DNA of 64,000 bases from Gekko japonicus (lineage: Eukaryota): positions 1,661,249 to 1,725,248 of the forward strand of contig NW_015167529.1 in assembly GCF_001447785.1 (NCBI RefSeq), in the 5' to 3' direction. A model generated the notes under the pieces. That model searched no databases and had not been told where the DNA came from. It saw only the letters and a list, made by a program, of their open reading frames with translations. Numbering within the stretch: the first letter of the stretch is position 1; every line of letters begins with the position of its first letter. Positions 48,359-60,499 of this stretch are shown here, one piece after another. The position numbers were made by a program, and so were the translations under genes.

Positions 48359-49360
48359 TCGGTCTCTCCAATGGGGCCAACCGCTTCATACAGGGAAATC
48401 AGTGCGCTCAATGCGCCCTCCCCGAGAGGCCCGTCGTCGCCTGGGCTCTTCGCGGCCTCTCTGAGGCGAGCGTGGCAGAGAGAGGGGCTCACGCCAGCCT
48501 CACAAGCTGCCCGGCTCCACTACACCCCTTCGCCATTTTTCTTTCCCGCGGAGGAGAAGCTGGTGCATTGTGGGAAACACAAAGGAGCCGCTCGCTCGCC
48601 CGCCCGCCTCCCCCTCGCCAGCCCAACCCGGCCGAGCCGCGATTTCCCCGGCGAGGGGCGGGGAATGAGAGGCCGGGAGAGGAAGCCAGCCGGAGCGGAG
48701 ACGTGCGGAAGAATACTGGTCGCGAGCACCTCCAAACTACGGGTGAACAAAGAGGGACTATTTTCGAGAGGGTTGGAGGCGAAGGAGTCCTTCCTGCTGC
48801 TGGACTTTAGCCTCAAATCAGACCAGGCGGGGGGAGAATGCGCTTCTGTACGGGAGAAGGTTCGTCAGGAAGCAGGCAAAGGAGGTTTCTGCGGGCAACG
48901 CAGTGAGCGGGCCCGACGGCATGGGCTCTGGCCCAAGGAAGCTCGTCCCTCACAACGTAGGTTCCTCTTAGGTGTGTCAGGACTCTTTGTTGTTCTCGCT
49001 GCAACAGATCTGCTACCTCGTTTTCCCTAACCGTTTCCGGAAAGCGTGGCCGTGTTATTCTGTTGCAGCAAAAACAAAAAGCAAAACCATAGGGGTCCTC
49101 TTGTGGCGCCTTCAAGACGACTTGTTTTTTATTCCAGCGTCCTCTCCACCAGTTTCAAGATAGCTGTACTTCCTGTAGTCCCACAATTGGCTGGAAAATG
49201 TATCCCGAGTAAAACCAGCCTAATGCGCCGTCTTTCCTCGGGCCCTTTTCCGTCTCCCTTCCACTCCCAACCAACATGCCCGGGCTTTGCTCGTCGCCCA
49301 GATGGAGAGACGTTTCTGTTAGAAGAATGAGCGGAGGATGGCCTGCTGCGGCGAGGGTGC
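47880..49360 (-). promoter_or_regulatory. CpG island / promoter and 5' UTR of MTF2
   Basis: CpG-rich; ZNF143 site TTTCCCACAATGCACCA (48577-48561), YY1 motif AAAATGGCG (48539-48531), GC boxes. Confidence 0.85.
48354..48358 (-). CDS. MTF2: MTF2 coding exon 1 (ATGAG only)
   Basis: CCGA ATG AG|GTGAGG within the CpG island; joins exon 2 as ATG AGA GAC TCT = MRDS. Confidence 0.85.
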
Positions 49361-49519
49361 TTTTGATCGTAACAGTTTGTGATCTGTACAACCAGTCCCA
49401 ATAACTTCAACGAAATTCTGGTAGGAAAGTTATACAGAGGGAAGTTATACAGAGAATTAAAACCCTACACATTCTGAGAACACATAAAGACAACCTCCTT
49501 TTCCCTCCCTTTGGCAGAG

Positions 49520-49630
49520 TAGAACAAAGTGCATGCACACGAAAGCTGCTACTTGGTTGGTCTTAAAGGTGCCCCTAACTCAAACCTTGTTCTGTTGCTT
49601 CAAACCAACATGGCTACCCACTTGAATCTT
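49520..49630 (+). mobile_element. Penelope-like pseudo-LTR fragment
   Basis: GTGCATGCACACGAAAGCT...GGTCTTAAAGGTGCC; same family as 19696 and 51825. Confidence 0.75.
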
Positions 49631-49947
49631 TGACAGGAATAGCTATTGTTCCTTCTCAACAATCAACAAAACTGCCTGGCTTTTGACTGCCCAATACCCA
49701 CCACCACTTGTTAAAGCTCCTTTGATATTAACTTCCAGTTAATGTTTAACCATTATTACCACTGATTGTGTAGTATTTTAATTTGCAGTGTGCTTTTACA
49801 GTCTTTATTGTGCTTATTCTCACACAACCCTGTTTTAATAATTCTTTATTAATTTTTAAGTTCTCACACAACCGTGTTAGGCAGATTACTAATGTTTCTG
49901 TTCTGCAGATGGGAACTAAACGTGGATTTGTTTAGAGGTATGCTCCG

Positions 49948-50015
49948 CCTGGCCTGGCGGGAGCGGGTCCATGGGGTTGCGAAGAGTCAGACTCGACTGT
50001 GCGACTGAACAACAA
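49948..50015 (+). mobile_element. BovB 3' tip
   Basis: GTCCATGGGGTTGCGAAGAGTC..GACTGAACAACAA. Confidence 0.8.
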
Positions 50016-51824
50016 ATGCTCCACCACTTCTACTTTTTTGCTTGGATTACTACATTTATTTTAATGCATTTTAAAAGAGACAGGACTGTGTCAATGGCAC
50101 ATAATACAATACAACTGAAAACCTGTCGGTTTTTGTTATATTCCCATCCTCTTTTTGACCATGAGGTCTTCACAGCAGTTTACAACTTTTTAAAATCCAT
50201 CATTTCTTAACTGTTATGGGTCAGGTAATAGTACCATTTCCTTTACTTACTTTTCAGGAAGCATATGCACAATGAGAACGGAAAAATACACGAAGCTTGA
50301 TTTCCTTTCCAGAAACTGAAGAGGACTGCATAGAGGGCCATGGCCGTAAATTAACATGACATGTGTATTTTTAGAAATAAACTTAACTCCTATTTTCAGG
50401 TTTTTGCTGCATTAAAACAAAATTAAGGAGTAGGCAACTTTTATGGCCCAAGTGCTACACATGTACACACATACAATGTATATATGTACACACATAAAAT
50501 GGGGAGAAATGATTGTACTTGAAGCAAGCCGAACCCCAACAGCACTGCCAGTGTCTCAGGGATTCACCTTGGACTTCGCTGGTGGCTGTGCAGGTCTGGG
50601 ATGTGATGAGGGGCATGAGCCATACCTATTGCCTTCTCCTTTTCCATTGGCATCAGCAGTGCTGCCAGAACCTTGGTTGATTGGATGGAGACCTGGCCAT
50701 GGTTGCCAAGCAAAATAGTCTGATGTCTTGCTGTTGGCACATGCCAGGGTTTGCCTACCCCCCCCCCCATAGATTAATGATAGCTCACCCTGTTTGCTCT
50801 TACATCCTACTTGCCCCAAGTTTTTTGTCTACCAAGCCTGACATACTATTTCTTTTTTTTCTTCAAATTTTATTCAGTTGTAACCATCCAGTAACAAATA
50901 ACAAAGTAATTCACAACATACACTATTTCTGACAAAATTAAAAAGGTAAGCTCCACTGGCATGGTCACCTTGTAATAACTCTTTGACTTCACAGCAGTTG
51001 GTTTTATTGTCTCTATTTCATTTTCACTGTGTTTCTGATAGCATAGTTGTAGGGTGATGAAGACTGTGACTGGGAAGTCTCAAGTTGAGATCTAACATCT
51101 GCCACATACTGCAAACTCCTCTCATGTCATATAGTTTTAAATCTCTTATAAACTTTTTTTGTAACTGGATATAAAATGGGGTATAAAAACCAACTCTTCT
51201 GAACCAGCATTTCCTAGAGTTTGGGTTTATTTGTTTATGTATTTGGAACATTTCTGTGCCACCTATCTAGAGAATGGGCCCAAGGAATCTTACAGTGTAA
51301 AAGTTTATAAAAACATAAAACACCATGAAGCTTATTAAAACCCGGCATTCAACAACACAGCCAGAGCAGAAAACAGCTTTAAAAGGGTCTTAAATAGTTC
51401 TCATGCTAAAAACAAACTATAAAACAATGTTTTTTAAAAATAAATAATTGAGATTAGGTTACTTGTGTTGCAGTTAAGATGATATTTATGTTCAGGGTTA
51501 AGGAAACCCACTGAATGATGAACTGTTATACCATAGCTGAGAATTCAGTTTTCAGTTCATATCTCATCTGTGCTTCGAACTGTTGTGCCTTTCTTGCCAT
51601 TATCACTGGTCTTACAATGGCTCTGATTTAGAAGAGAGAAAAACAATTAAAATAAGAATTAAAGCTGAAAAATAACTAAAGGCATTTTATCTAGAGAGGG
51701 TTAAATTGAAAACCTCAGTCATGAGAGGCCCAGTACAGGGGCATAGATGTCTCAGTTTCGGGGAGGACGGGACAGGGTGAACTTAGTCCAGGCCCCGGGC
51801 CCAGTAATATAGATTACTATCTAT

Positions 51825-52012
51825 CTGAAAACAAAGTTTGAGTCCAGTGGCACCTTTAAGACCAACAAAGTTTAATTCTGGGTATAAGCTTTCATGTGTA
51901 TCAGATGCTCTTGAAAGCATATACCCAGAATTAAATTTTGTTGGTCTTAAAGGTGCCACTGGACTCAAACTTTGTTCTGTTGCTTCAGACCAACATGGCT
52001 ACCCACCTGAAT
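51825..52012. mobile_element. Penelope-like element forming a 65-bp hairpin
   Basis: Arms 51830-51894 / 51912-51976, 2 mismatches; flanking CTATCTAT repeats. Confidence 0.82.
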
Positions 52013-52368
52013 CTATCTATATTCAATTATTTAAATATAAAATTATGTTTCTAACAGATGCTATCAACAATCGTGGTTTGAAAAATATATATTTTTTCAC
52101 TTGTAATAGTCTGAGCCTCAGTCAAACAAAGAGGACTCTAAGAGAAGAGGAAAGATGTCATGAAATCCTTCACTGGGATAATTTGAGTAAATATTTCATT
52201 TGTGTATGAAAGGAAATACTTCCTATCCCCCCCCCCCCCTCCCTCAGACCTACCGCTCTATGTGACTGTCCCAAGGTCACACAGTGTGCTTTGTGACTAA
52301 GTGGCTTCTGAAAATCACGAGAGCGGTACATGAAGAAGCTTCTTCAGAAAAATTAACAGACTTCTTCG

Positions 52369-52590
52369 TAAAGGTAAAGGTTCCCTTGCTCGAAAGGCAG
52401 TCGAGTCCGACTCTAGGGTTGCAGTGCTCATCTCCGTTTCAAAGCCGAAGAGCCAGCGCTGTCCGAAGACGTTTCTGTGGTCATGTGGCCGGCATGACTA
52501 AACAAGGCGCACGGAACGCTGTTACCTTCCCACCGAAGTGGTACCTATTTATCTACTTGCAATTTCTTGCTTTCGAACTGCTAGGTTGCC
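52369..52590 (-). mobile_element. Sauria SINE nested in the hAT
   Basis: (ACCTTT)n tail; matches 5265-5455. Confidence 0.85.
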
Positions 52591-53460
52591 AGGTAGCAAA
52601 TTAGAAGATGGCATAAGTGCAGCCAAAGGTGCTTTCACTTTCCACACTGTTAAGCACCACAACCATTACAAAGTGATGAATTGCATATCAGGCCTGCTAA
52701 AGAGGACATTCCTGGATTCTGATGTTGCAAGACAATTTTACAGTGCAAGAACTAAGACAGACTCAACGCAGTTATAAATTCTCTTTTGGCACCCAATTCT
52801 GTTGAAAATGTTTTGGAAAAGTGTTGAAGAAATAAATTACTGTGGAGTTTCTACTGATGGGAGCAATCATGGTTCAGTAACGCTGTTTCCAATAATTGTT
52901 CAATATTTTGTTTGGAAAAGTTGTGGCTTACAGTCCAAATTAATTCAACTACAAAGCCAACCCAATGAAACTGCAGATAAAATTTCATAGCTAAAGGAGA
53001 CCCTAGATTAGAACGTAAAGGACTACTTCAGGAATGCATCACATTCACAGGTGACAACTGCTGCACACTGTTTGGAGGATTGTGATGGAATTCTGAGGGG
53101 GAAAATGTTTGCAAATTTGAAGAAACTGTTCAGTAAGTAAGCTCCCATAAATAAAAAAGCCGAATGGTGGTGGCACTTCTCTAGAACATTCCACATGCTT
53201 CGGAATTGGTTGGCGCCCTGGTGTGTCACTCAGAATCTGTCCCTACCCACTGGCTGCATTGCTTGAGTCTTGCCTCCAAAGTTCTAAACAGTTTGCTGTT
53301 CATCTCCCCCCATAGCCAGTCAGAACACAGAGGTTATTTGCATATGCAGCCTCATTGGCCTTTGCCTCGGAACACAGAGGTCGTTTGCATATGCAACTTG
53401 ATTAGCTTTTGCCTCTAACATTCTAAACAGTTTGCTGTTCTGAGGTAAAATGTGTCCAAT

Positions 53461-53693
53461 NNNNNNNNNNNNNNNNNNNNNNNNNNNNNNNNNNNNNNNN
53501 NNNNNNNNNNNNNNNNNNNNNNNNNNNNNNNNNNNNNNNNNNNNNNNNNNNNNNNNNNNNNNNNNNNNNNNNNNNNNNNNNNNNNNNNNNNNNNNNNNNN
53601 NNNNNNNNNNNNNNNNNNNNNNNNNNNNNNNNNNNNNNNNNNNNNNNNNNNNNNNNNNNNNNNNNNNNNNNNNNNNNNNNNNNNNNNNNNNNN
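53461..53693. other. Assembly gap
   Basis: N run. Confidence 1.
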
Positions 53694-54054
53694 AAGAGGC
53701 GCATTGTCTCCTCCGCGCCCCTTTGTGTGCCGAGCGGGGAGCCGCACACGTGAGGTTTCAGGAGGTGTGGGACCTCGGACAGGTACAAAGCCATAGACTC
53801 CACCCTCCAAACCAACTATTCCCTTCTCGGGAACCATCGTTGCCAATCTCCAGGTGAGGGCTGGAGATCACTCAAAATTACAACTGTTCTCTAGGTAGCA
53901 GAGATCAGTTCCTCTGGAGAAAATGGTGGACTCAGTGTCATTATACCCTGCTGAGGTCGCCACAGCAAATTGACACTGAGTGTCCAAGGCCGGAGCACCC
54001 ACCCAGAGCCACTTTCTAGAGGCCGTTGTATTTATTTCCACAACAGGCCTTTTC

Positions 54055-54389
54055 CCTAGTTTATTATATTACGGTCCAGTTAAAAAACAAACATTATTCA
54101 GATATTCAAATATACAGATTAAGAACTCCAATTAAAATACAGGAATAGCAGATTTTTCAATAAGTAAATAGGAGAAAAATAGATTATAAAATACATAAAA
54201 TAGCATCATAAGTGACCATTTTAAAGATTTAAACCAATAGATTTAGGAGGAACAAGGGCTGTATAATAGATCTCCTAAAGGAAACTAAGTCAAGGCTCAA
54301 AGGGGCAAGACTGAAATTAACTGCGTTCTTTAATTGCCTGAGTGCAAAATCTAGCAATTAGCTTCGTGATAACTGAAATTTCACCTGTT
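54055..54389 (-). mobile_element. RTE-X-like LINE 3' end
   Basis: ITKLIARFCTQAIKERS* then GACCGTAATATAATAAA. Confidence 0.6.
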
Positions 54390-54456
54390 GAAACTGTTCA
54401 GTAACAAAGCCTTAATTGGTGTGGGATGTCAAGCACACATTTTGAATAACTGTGTA

Positions 54457-54737
54457 GAGCCAGTTTGGTGTAGTGGTTAAGAGTGTGGACTCTGATCTGG
54501 GAGAACCGGGTTTGGTTCCCCACTCCTCCACGTGCAGCTGCTGGTGTGACCATGGGTCAGTCATAAATTCTTTCAGAGCTGTTCTGTCAAGGGCAGTTCT
54601 TGAAGGAGCTCTCTCAGCCCCACCTGCCTCACAGGGTCTCTGTTGTGGAGAGGGGTAGAGAAAGGGATTGTAAACTGCCCTGATACTCCTTCAGGTAGTG
54701 AAGGGCAGGGTATAAATCCAGTTTCCTCTCTTCTTCT
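54457..54737 (+). mobile_element. Full-length tRNA-derived SINE
   Basis: Same family as 20338-20610. Confidence 0.9.
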
Positions 54738-56462
54738 GTTTACCAAGCAGCAGACATTTGGAGGCCAATGTTGAGAGCATCACTTTCAAGAAATACCAGC
54801 ATTTTCATCTCTATACAGTTTGAACAGAGCAGTTAAAAGAACACTGTGAATTTGTAGACATTGTACAAAAGCTGCTGTCTCATAGCAAGAGAAGGTGGCT
54901 GTCATTATTTCCAGGCATTACTAGGCTCATTCATGTGTTCCCAGTTCTCAAGGTATTTTTTCTCTCACAGAATAAACCACCAACAGTAATCAATAAGTTC
55001 TTTGAAGACAAGTTCAGTGAAATTTATCTGTGGCACATTCTCGTAATTAGCATGTTTCATTCATGTATTGAAGAACTGGAAAAGGAAAATAATTAAGTTG
55101 TAGAAATTCTTAAAGTCTTGCTATCTGTTCACACCATGCTCACTGAATGAAGGAGCAGCTTTATATCCCTCAAAGTTAAGAGCCTGCTAGAAGAAAAGCG
55201 TAAGGAATATCTTGATGCAGCGTATGACAAATTCTGTGCAGAAGTAAATGGCTTATATGACAGCTGCATAGAATATCCAGGAAAGGGATGAAGCCTATGA
55301 AAGAGCCTATGAAAGAATTTTCATGCTTTATCTCTCTTTATACCCATATCTGTCTCTTGAGTTGCCCTGAGCCCTGCTTGGTGGGGAAAGGAGCGGGATA
55401 AAAATTGAATAAATAATAATAATAATATGGATGTCTCTTAGTGAGTCACCCGAGTGGAATAAGATAGAATCTTCCATCAAATATATCTTGGATAGGGGTT
55501 TGGCCATAGTTGATGTGAAATGCTTTGACCAATTCCGCAACCTCAAGAAGTTTGCAAATGAATACAAAGGTGATGATGGGTTCATTAATCTTCAGGCACA
55601 TTAGAAGTGCAGCAAATACTTTGAGAGTTCCAGAAACATTTTTTGTTACTCAGAACTTTTGAAGATTGCACAGTTCTTTTTTGCCATCCCGTCCCATAAT
55701 GAAATGTGGAACACCTTTTTTCTCTGAGATCTCTCTGATGTCTCTGATGTAGAACACCTTTTTCTCTCTGATGCTCTGTGGAGCAAAGAACGAAGCAACG
55801 TGCCTGGAATCACTTTGAGGTATATTGTTAGTCCAGTACAATTATAGGCATATTACTTGCAAAGGATTCCATACCTATCTTTTAAGGAATAAGCAATTGT
55901 TGAAAAAGATACAATCTACAGAGAAGTGTGCTTGGGCTAGTCAGCTTAAAGGAGAAAGAACGAAGTACACCTGAAAGAGACTGACCACAAGGTATGTTTT
56001 TATTTTTACTGATACAAGAACTTTATATACAATTTCATTTTACAATTAGCTATGTGTTAAATTCAATAATTGTAACCAGATCAATTGCATCATTAAATGT
56101 TGCTATTATTTAGCCTAAATGAACCAATTAAAATTATTGTTATTTAAAAACAAGGAAGGTTAGGAATATTCATAGTAAGTAGCATTTATCACACCTTAAA
56201 TAGTAGGGGTATCAGTTGTTTGAAGTAGTCAGTTGGGAAATGTGTCCTCTCTTTTGCTTTTCAAAATAAGGTAACCCTAACTGGTTAGGGTGAGAGAGAA
56301 CGACTAGCCTTAGCATGGTTCCATGGCAGAGGGGGGATTTTGACAACATTACTGTTTTGTGTGGCTTTTGGGAGAAGAGATGGCTGTACAGTGGTCTGTT
56401 ATGTTTTAAGTTGTGCGATTCCAGATTGTGATTTATTTTTCCTGTGACTGTTATTGTGATTT

Positions 56463-56540
56463 TATATACACACACACACACATATATATACACACACACA
56501 CACATATATATATACACACATATATACAGAGAGAGAGTGT
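56463..56540. repeat. Compound (CA)n/(TA)n/(GA)n microsatellite
   Basis: Direct inspection. Confidence 0.9.
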
Positions 56541-57299
56541 GTTACTGTATTTTTATGGTAAAAGTGCTTTGAATTTAGGAAAGGCAGCATAGACTTTTAT
56601 AAATAAAATAAAGGGAAACTATGGGGCTAGAGGAAGATCCGCACCTGTAGCCTTTGCTAAACGGATCAACGTTTCGGGACCGGGTGCCTAAAAGGTTTCC
56701 ATCACGGAAAGAAAAAGAATTCTTCTATTCAAGCAAACTATTATCAATCATAATAGTCTGAGACCAGCACAGTGCTTCACGTTTGCAACACCTGTAGTAT
56801 CTCCCATAGACCAGCAGAGGGATCGGATGTGATTGTAAAGAGTGGAGTTGCGCTGATTTTAAACCAGGCTTCAGAATTCCTACGTCGGATCGTAAGGGGC
56901 GCGTCAAGCTTGTTTCCACAGGTGCTGCTCACGACTGAAGCGCCACTTTAGCATGCTGGCGGCTACAGTCGCGAATCCAGCGCTGCTCTGCTTTGCATGC
57001 AATCAAGAAAGCAACTGAGGTACTGTACCAGTGTTGGAGTTTTCCTACTTTCAGTGAAAGATAGTGGTAAATTATGAGTGATGGGGAGAAATTAGACTAA
57101 TACAGCAGCAATATTCATATTTCAGATGTCTGAATAGCAGACCATTCAAATGTATCTGTTGCTCCCTTTAAGAACTAAGCGAACAGAAATTCACCAGGAA
57201 AAGCTTTTCTTATCACAGCTTTTCCTTGTTGGGGATAACTATATTTGTTGTATGGCCTGCCTGCATAATTCCTAAAGGTGCAGGACAGAGTGCTCCCTG

Positions 57300-57890
57300 G
57301 AGGAGGAAAAAATTGGCAGTAAATTCCAGGTGTCTGGTGTGTACAGATTGCTGATATGTATGCTTTTAAAATATGGCACTCAAGTTCTGATTTGCTTCTG
57401 TAAGATAGTGTGTTGGATACCCTATGGTCCTACATCTCAGAAATGTATTTTCTTGTATGAAAAGCTTTGGAGATGTTGTTGTGGGGAAATGTGTGGTAAT
57501 TGCCTGTCCTGCAAAACTGAAAAGCACCCAAGATGCTGATTCAATAATTTATTCCTAAAAAGTTTGCAGGGGCTTTGCATATCAACTGGTACCAACAGAT
57601 AATGTAAAGCATCTTTCACAAAACCGTTTTTGCATTCAATGCAGTATTCCTTTATAATCTTGTATAGTTCTTTTTTGTATTCCTGTGTGGGGCTCTGAGT
57701 CCAGTTGTTTGTAAAAAGCAGTGTTTGAGAGTCGTCTTTGAGCCTCCTGGGTGTAGTAACACCGGCTCCGCTTTTGTCTGCTTCATTAATTATAATATTT
57801 AGATTGTTCTTGAGATTGTCTATGGCCTTACTCCAGTGTGAGCTTTAATTATTATAGTTTCTGCCTCTCCAAGTCAAAGTTCACCTTGTT
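57300..57890 (-). mobile_element. Penelope RT N-terminal remnant
   Basis: AIDNLKNNLNIIINEADKSGA..EAQRRLSNTAFYKQL. Confidence 0.7.
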
Positions 57891-58179
57891 CAAAAATTGA
57901 GGTTAAACTATAATAGTGACCACAGATATTTAGAGAATTTTATTTCCATGTATTAGGGTTGCCAAACCCCCAGTCAGTGTGGGCTTCCCCCCAATTTTGG
58001 GGGCTCCACACTTTCCTAGAGAAATGGGCACTACCAACACTTACAGTAACTTATTGATCATATTTCTGTCTTAATTTTATCTCAAGAGTTTAGGACAGTA
58101 AAATATGTGTGTGTCCTCCCCCTATTTTATGGGTCCATCTTTGCAAATCTGATCTCAAAGGAGAGGATTTAACCCTTGA

Positions 58180-58415
58180 GGTTTATTCAGTTACAACATT
58201 TATACCCCACTTTTGTTTCCAGTGGGGATCCAAAGTGTCTTACAATACTCTCCCCTTCTCTATTTTATCCTCGCAACAGCCCTGTGAAGTAGGTTAGTCT
58301 GAGATGTGTGACTGAGCCGGGAATACCCAGCAAGCTTCCATGGCAGAATGGGAATTTGAACAGGGGTCTCCCAGATGATGGTCTGTCACTCAAAGCACTA
58401 TACCACGCTGGATCT
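58180..58415 (-). mobile_element. Squamate SINE
   Basis: Family match in reverse orientation. Confidence 0.75.
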
Positions 58416-58775
58416 CAGATTAGTTACAGAAATTCCTCAATAATAGTCAATATTAGAGGCATGGTAGGTACTGAAAACCAGCCATTCTAATGCACTGACT
58501 TACAAGGGTCACTTATGATGGGTCACTGATGGTGGCTACCTTTCAGGGGATCACTGAGTAATTAAATTAGATGAGAGTACTAGGCCCTAAAGCAGAGCTG
58601 GTTCACCCATGCACAATCGCCAGCTGAAAATCACTCAATGACTTGTAGCTGAATGGGTGAGGAGCATTATATTTGAGTTGACAACAAGTGATATGAAAGC
58701 AGTTTCTGTGGATTTGATTTGTGATGGCTGATTTCAGACATTCAAGAACCGATTTTTACAACATCGTGGTTATTT

Positions 58776-59008
58776 GAGAGCTAGCGTAGTAGTTAGAGTA
58801 TCAGATTAGGATCTGGAGGATCCTTGTTTGAACCCTCACTCTGCCGGAAGCTTGCTGGGTGACCGTGGACCAATCACACACACTCAGCCTAATTTACCTC
58901 ACAAGATTTTTTGTGAAGATAAGATGGAGGAGAGGAAAATGGTGTGAGCTGCTTTGAATCCCAGTGGGGGGAAAGGTGGGGTATACATGAAGTAAGTAAA
59001 TAAATAAT
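58776..59008 (+). mobile_element. Squamate SINE
   Basis: tRNA-like head, (TAAA)n tail. Confidence 0.75.
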
Positions 59009-59202
59009 GTAACACTGATTTTTACAACTTTTTCCCAGTTAGCACCCACAAACACAGGGGGAAGAATATATTTTACTGGGGCCCAGAGGTCCAGAAGGAT
59101 CTGGTGGCAGGCCAGGCTGCCATCCCCATTACCATGACAAAAGAAATTGAGGTTAAACTATAATAGTGACCAAAGATATTTGGGGATTTTATTTCCTTGT
59201 AT

Positions 59203-59575
59203 TAGGGTTGCCAAACCCCCAGTCATTGTGGGCTTCCCCCCAATTTTGGGGGCTCCAATCTGCCGCAGGCCATCTGGCTGGTAGGGGAAGCCTCATCCCA
59301 AACATCCCCCTTCCACATTGACATTGTCAGCATGATGACACCACCCAGAATTGACATCATCACACCAGACATGTCATGCGTCAATGCTCTAGCAGTTTGG
59401 CCAAAAACTCTATGGTTGCCATAGAGGTTTTGGCCAAAATGCTAGAGCATCACCGCACAACATGCCCAGCATGATGACATCACTTCTGGGTGATGTCATG
59501 GCAGCACGTGCAAGAAGATCCCGGAAAGGATCTGGGAGTCCCCTACTAAAAGAAAAGTAAGACCTAGCAACCCTA
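59203..59575. mobile_element. hAT MITE with internal palindrome
   Basis: TIR TAGGGTTGC; TSD CCTTGTAT/TCTTGTAT; palindrome about 59331-59499. Confidence 0.85.
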
Positions 59576-59918
59576 TCTTGTATCCAGGGGTCATTTTGTA
59601 GAAAAAGAGGTGCAGGGGCTCATTAGCATAACTCATTAGCATAACATATTTGCATATGCCACACCCCCTAACATCACCAGAAGCTACCCTACAACAAGCA
59701 TGAAAATACAGATCAAGTTAGTATTGCTATTTATTTTTGTGATAGTTGCTATACAAAGCCTCCTGGGTTCAGCTTTTTAAAGTTCAATTTCCTTAGAAGG
59801 GCAAATTAGCAGTGACCTTTGCTATATATGAGTGGGGTTGGTTTTTGTTTTGTAAAAGGAAGTTACGTTCTTATCACACCAATGTACCTGTATAGTTACA
59901 TGAAAAATAAATTATTGC

Positions 59919-60098
59919 NNNNNNNNNNNNNNNNNNNNNNNNNNNNNNNNNNNNNNNNNNNNNNNNNNNNNNNNNNNNNNNNNNNNNNNNNNNNNNNNNN
60001 NNNNNNNNNNNNNNNNNNNNNNNNNNNNNNNNNNNNNNNNNNNNNNNNNNNNNNNNNNNNNNNNNNNNNNNNNNNNNNNNNNNNNNNNNNNNNNNNNN
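59919..60098. other. Assembly gap
   Basis: N run. Confidence 1.
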
Positions 60099-60294
60099 CT
60101 CAGAGGAGCCCTGGTCTGGCTCGAAGCTTAACAGGGGAGTCCTATGAGGTGATTCATGTAATCATTTCAATACATTACATCTATGACAAAATTCTTTTTA
60201 AAGGACCCGTTGAAGACATCATTAACCTGACTCCTTCTGAAATGCAGTGATCATCCCAATTAAGTGGTACTTAAAATGCCAGCCTTCTGTTGTT

Positions 60295-60497
60295 GTGATG
60301 GCCCTGGCTAGCCCGATCTTGTCAGACCCTCTGAAGCTAAGCAAGATCAGCCCTGGTTAGTACTTGGATGGGAGACCACCAAGGAAGCCCAGGGTTGTGA
60401 CACAGAGGAAAACAATGGCAAACCACCTCTGAACCTCTCAGGCCTTAAAAATCACTACGAGGTCACCATTGGTCAGCTGCGACTTGATGGCACTTTC
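60295..60497 (+). mobile_element. 5S rRNA-derived SINE (SINE3-type)
   Basis: GCCCGATCTTGTC..GAAGCTAAGCA..CCTGGTTAGTACTTGGATGGGAGACC (5S internal promoter) followed by a LINE-like tail. Confidence 0.8.
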
Positions 60498-60499
60498 AA

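Larger units (their letters stand above)
52290..56279 (+). mobile_element. Fragmented hAT (Blackjack-like) transposase fossil
   Basis: FHTVKHH..DSDVARQFYSARTK, GVSTDGSNH..LFPIIVQYF, GVGCQAHILNNC, SKRRWLSL; right TIR GGTAACCCTA. Confidence 0.8.

Noticed and set aside
47972-49030. 352-aa plus-strand ORF antisense to MTF2 exon 1
   Set aside because: Runs through a GC-rich CpG island, non-ATG start, low-complexity P/R/G/A composition, no recognisable domain
60310-60385. Functional 5S rRNA gene
   Set aside because: Partial, diverged and fused to a SINE body
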